Below, one piece after another: positions 61,001 through 64,000 of a stretch of DNA of 64,000 nucleotides (positions are counted from its first letter, which is position 1; each line of letters begins with the position of its first letter). The DNA comes from Squalus acanthias (lineage: Eukaryota): assembly GCA_030390025.1 (NCBI GenBank), contig CM059432.1, positions 152,584,001-152,648,000 on the forward strand, written 5' to 3'. The notes under the pieces are model-generated. The model was given only the letters and a program-made list of their open reading frames with translations. It did no database searches and had not been told where the DNA came from. The translations under genes and the position numbers were made by a program.

Positions 61001-62348
61001 TATTGCTTCAGTTGTACAAGGTATTGGTGAGACCGCACCTGGAATACTGCATACAGTTTTGGTGTCCTTACTTAAGGAAAGACATCCTTGCTCTCGAGGC
61101 AGTGCAAAAAAGGTTCACTCGGTTAATCCCGGGGATGAGGGGGTGGTCATATGAGGAGAGGTTGGGTAGATTGGGACTCTACTCATTGGAGTTCAGAAGA
61201 ATGAGAGGCGATCTTATTGAAACATATAAGATTGTGAAGGGGTTGGATCGGGTGGATGCGGGGAGGATGTTCCCGATGACGGGTGAGACGAGAACTAGGG
61301 GACATAGTCTTAGAATAAGGGGCTGCTCTTTCAAAACTGAGATGAGGAGGAACTACTTCACTCAGAGGGTGGTAGGTCCATGGAATATGCTGCCACAAAA
61401 AGCTGTAGAAGCTACAACATTAATTAAATTTAAAACAGAAATAGACAGTTTCCTAGAAGTAAAGGGCATTAAGGGTTACGGGGAGCGGGCAGGAATTTGG
61501 ACATGAGTCTAGGTTCGGATCGGTCATGGCCCTGTGGGTAGTGGAGCGGGCCCAGGGACTGTGTAGCCTGATTCTGCTCCTATTTCGTGTGTGCAATTCT
61601 GTTAGATGCAGGAGATGGTTCTGTGATAGATAGTAGATTGGCGGTTAGGATCAGATCAGCCATGATCTTATTGAATGGCGGAGCAGGCTCGAGGGGCCGA
61701 TTGGCCTACTCCTGCTCCTATTTCTTATGTTCTTATGTTATATTGAGGTTGGGGCTAGGAGCCGGGAATTATTGAGGTTGGGGCTAGGAGCTGGGAATTA
61801 TTGAGGTTGGGGCTGGGAGCCGGGAATTATTGAGGTTGGGGCTAGGAACTGGGAGTTATTGAGGTTGGGGCTAGGAGCTGGGAGTTATTGAGGTTGGGGC
61901 TAGGAGCTGGGAGTTATTGAGGTTGGGGCTGGGAGCTGGGAGTTATTGAGGTTGGGGCTCGGAGCCGGGAGTTATTGAGGTTGGGACTAGGAGCTGGGAA
62001 TTATTGAGGTTGGGGTCAGGAGCCGGGAGTTATTGAGGTTGGGGTTAGGAGCTGGGAGATATTGAGGTTGGGGTTGGGAGCCGGGAATTATTGAGGTTGG
62101 GGCTAGGAGCTGGGAATTATTGAGGTTGGGGCTGGGAGCCGGGAATTATTGAGGTTGGGGCTAGGAACTGGGAGTTATTGAGGTTGGGGCTAGGAGCTGG
62201 GAGTTATTGAGGTTGGGGCTAGGAGCTGGGAGTTATTGAGGTTGGGGCTAGGAGCTGGGAATTATTGAGGTTGGGGCTAGGAGCTGGGAGTTATTGAGGT
62301 TGGGGCTAGGAGCTGGGAGTTATTGAGGTTGGGGCTAGGAGCTGGGAG
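58016..62348. repeat. G-rich 29-bp minisatellite TATTGAGGTTGGGG(C/T)TAGGAGC(T/C)GGGA(GT/AT/GA); about 25 copies (58016-58748) + about 21 copies (61741-62348), split by a CR1
   Basis: Direct reading, period 29. Degenerate units at about 57968-58015. Confidence 0.96.
58749..61739 (+). mobile_element. Young CR1 insertion with inverted 5' segment (58749-60250, APE on minus strand) and sense 3' segment (60251-61739, RT and tail)
   Basis: Uninterrupted ORFs 58670-60247(-) and 60271-61506(+). TSD ATATTGA at 58742-58748 and 61740-61746. Confidence 0.92.
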
Positions 62349-62931
62349 GCAGCCAGTGCAGGAGACAACCAGGTTATGATTGAGGCTCCGGATGTAGCAA
62401 GATCACTGCTAAAGTAAATGAAGTTGGTAGTTTGTGCTCATTATATTTTTCCTACTGATGATTATTAATTTTAAAAGAAACTCAGATAACTCACTGAGCA
62501 GTAAAAACCCAAATTGCGGTTTATTCAATACCTAGTTTCACACCATTGCTATTAAAGTTGCTACTCAGAATCCCCAAAAATTCTTGAGCAAAACCTGCAA
62601 TTAAAGGCTAAAAGCTGCCGGCAAGCTGCCTGAATCCTGTCTGCTAGTCTACTTTTCCACAGTCTAGCCTGGCTTCATTTATTTCTGTATGGCTGCAGCA
62701 GACATCTCCTAAATACATTTTAGAAATCAGGCTGCAGAAAGTCTTTTTATGTGTTGCAGCAGTAGAGAGTGAGGTTTCGTACGGAGTAACATTTTGCTAA
62801 ACGTAAAGTGGCAGCCTTCTAACTGTAGTCCCCACCACTTAAAATATCCACGTTTAACACAGGCAGTCACTTATATCGGCCAAAAAGTGATGACCATTAA
62901 CCATTTGAATTAATGTCAATTTCAACCCAAA

Positions 62932-63611
62932 GACCTAAAAATTCGGTTGCTTTGCGCCTCCCTAAGAGGGCGCTAATGGGGCGCAAAGCAACTAGTGCCT
63001 GGGCGCGGCGCCGCCAACGCCTCCCGCGAAATTCAGCGGGCGGTTAGCGGCGGCGGTAACCGTTAGCACCCCGTGCCACCGGCGATGACGCCATCGCTGT
63101 GCGCAGCGCCCCGCTCACGCCCCGGCCGCGATCTTCGGTAGCGCCCCCTGACTTACTGCCGGACGCTATGTCCGACGGGGTCAGGGGGGCCTACCTGCGG
63201 ACGGGGCGGCGCTAATTAAAAGGGAGGTGCCGGGCGGCCATTTTTGTTGCTGGCTGCCTGCCAGCACCTGCCCCCTCTGCTGTCACCAGCCTCCTCTGGA
63301 GCCCCCCCGCGGAGTGCTGGCTGCGCTCCGTGAGCCCGGCACTTCTCTTGAGTGCCGGGCTCTTTTGCCGGCACTCCGACCCCTGGTGGCCCAGCTGGGC
63401 CCCGGGTCGCGCTGCGCTAGGCCCCTCCCCTTTAATAAGGGGAGGAAGGCCTGCAGTACCGTGGCACATAGCGCCGCCATATTCACTCGCAGCGCCCCAA
63501 GAGGGAGGAGGGGCGCTTCCAGTAGCACCCCACTTCCCTCTTGGGGCGCTACCGGTGAATTTCGGCCGCGGGGGCGCTAATTTTTTTGGGGCGCGACCCA
63601 ATTTTTCCCCC
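62932..63611. mobile_element. CpG-rich MITE, same family as 3950-4816
   Basis: Shares aaattcggttg...taagagggcgctaatg.ggcgcaaagcaactagtgcc. Right TIR aatttttccccc. Confidence 0.7.
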
Positions 63612-64000
63612 AAAGGGTTTTCGATTACACCCATGCAGCCCAATGCACTGTCTTGCACAATGCCACTGTCTACATGAATAAGAAAGATTTTCAGTCACTG
63701 AAATATTCAGCTCATTTGCAACCATCAATACTCATGCAATAATCAATAATTATACAAGTCAGTGCTCGTTTCCCAGGCAGTTGCCATAATGTATTTTACG
63801 ACAGTCCACCTTACCATCAGTACTTGACTCTCAAAATCAACCTACAGGATCCCTGCTGGGTAATCAAGCCACAGATCATAATACCTCTGCAGTATCTGAG
63901 GACATCAGATCAACACCGGTATAAGAAGGTGCGTGCATTCATCAGAGTTATCATTTAGCACGGTGTTGGCATGTTGAGTATCTGGGGATATTCTGCAAAA

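Overview
Eukaryotic (vertebrate) DNA, most likely from a cartilaginous fish; this is inferred from the repeat content, not from a search. The window is dominated by transposable elements. It holds at least 15 CR1-clade LINE copies or fragments, several nested, carrying esterase ORF1 and APE-endonuclease/RT ORF2 remnants. It also holds tRNA-derived Deu-domain SINEs, L2-like 3' ends, CpG-rich TIR elements, one full-length but disrupted CsRn1-clade Gypsy LTR element, two Penelope-type inverted-repeat insertions with minimal hammerhead ribozyme cores, and three minisatellites. The only host-gene sequence I recognise is an intron-containing ferritin heavy-chain-like pseudogene (exons 2-3, minus strand, 9446-9790), which the ORF track misses. 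I found no intact host CDS. Most interesting signals: (1) a U_UUA_AAC slippery heptamer immediately before the ORF1 stop in two divergent CR1 copies, with ORF2 in the -1 frame, a candidate programmed -1 frameshift; one copy is fused in frame by an extra G; (2) a CR1 with twin-priming-type 5' inversion inside a minisatellite; (3) the hammerhead-bearing palindromic insert with a 12-bp TSD.
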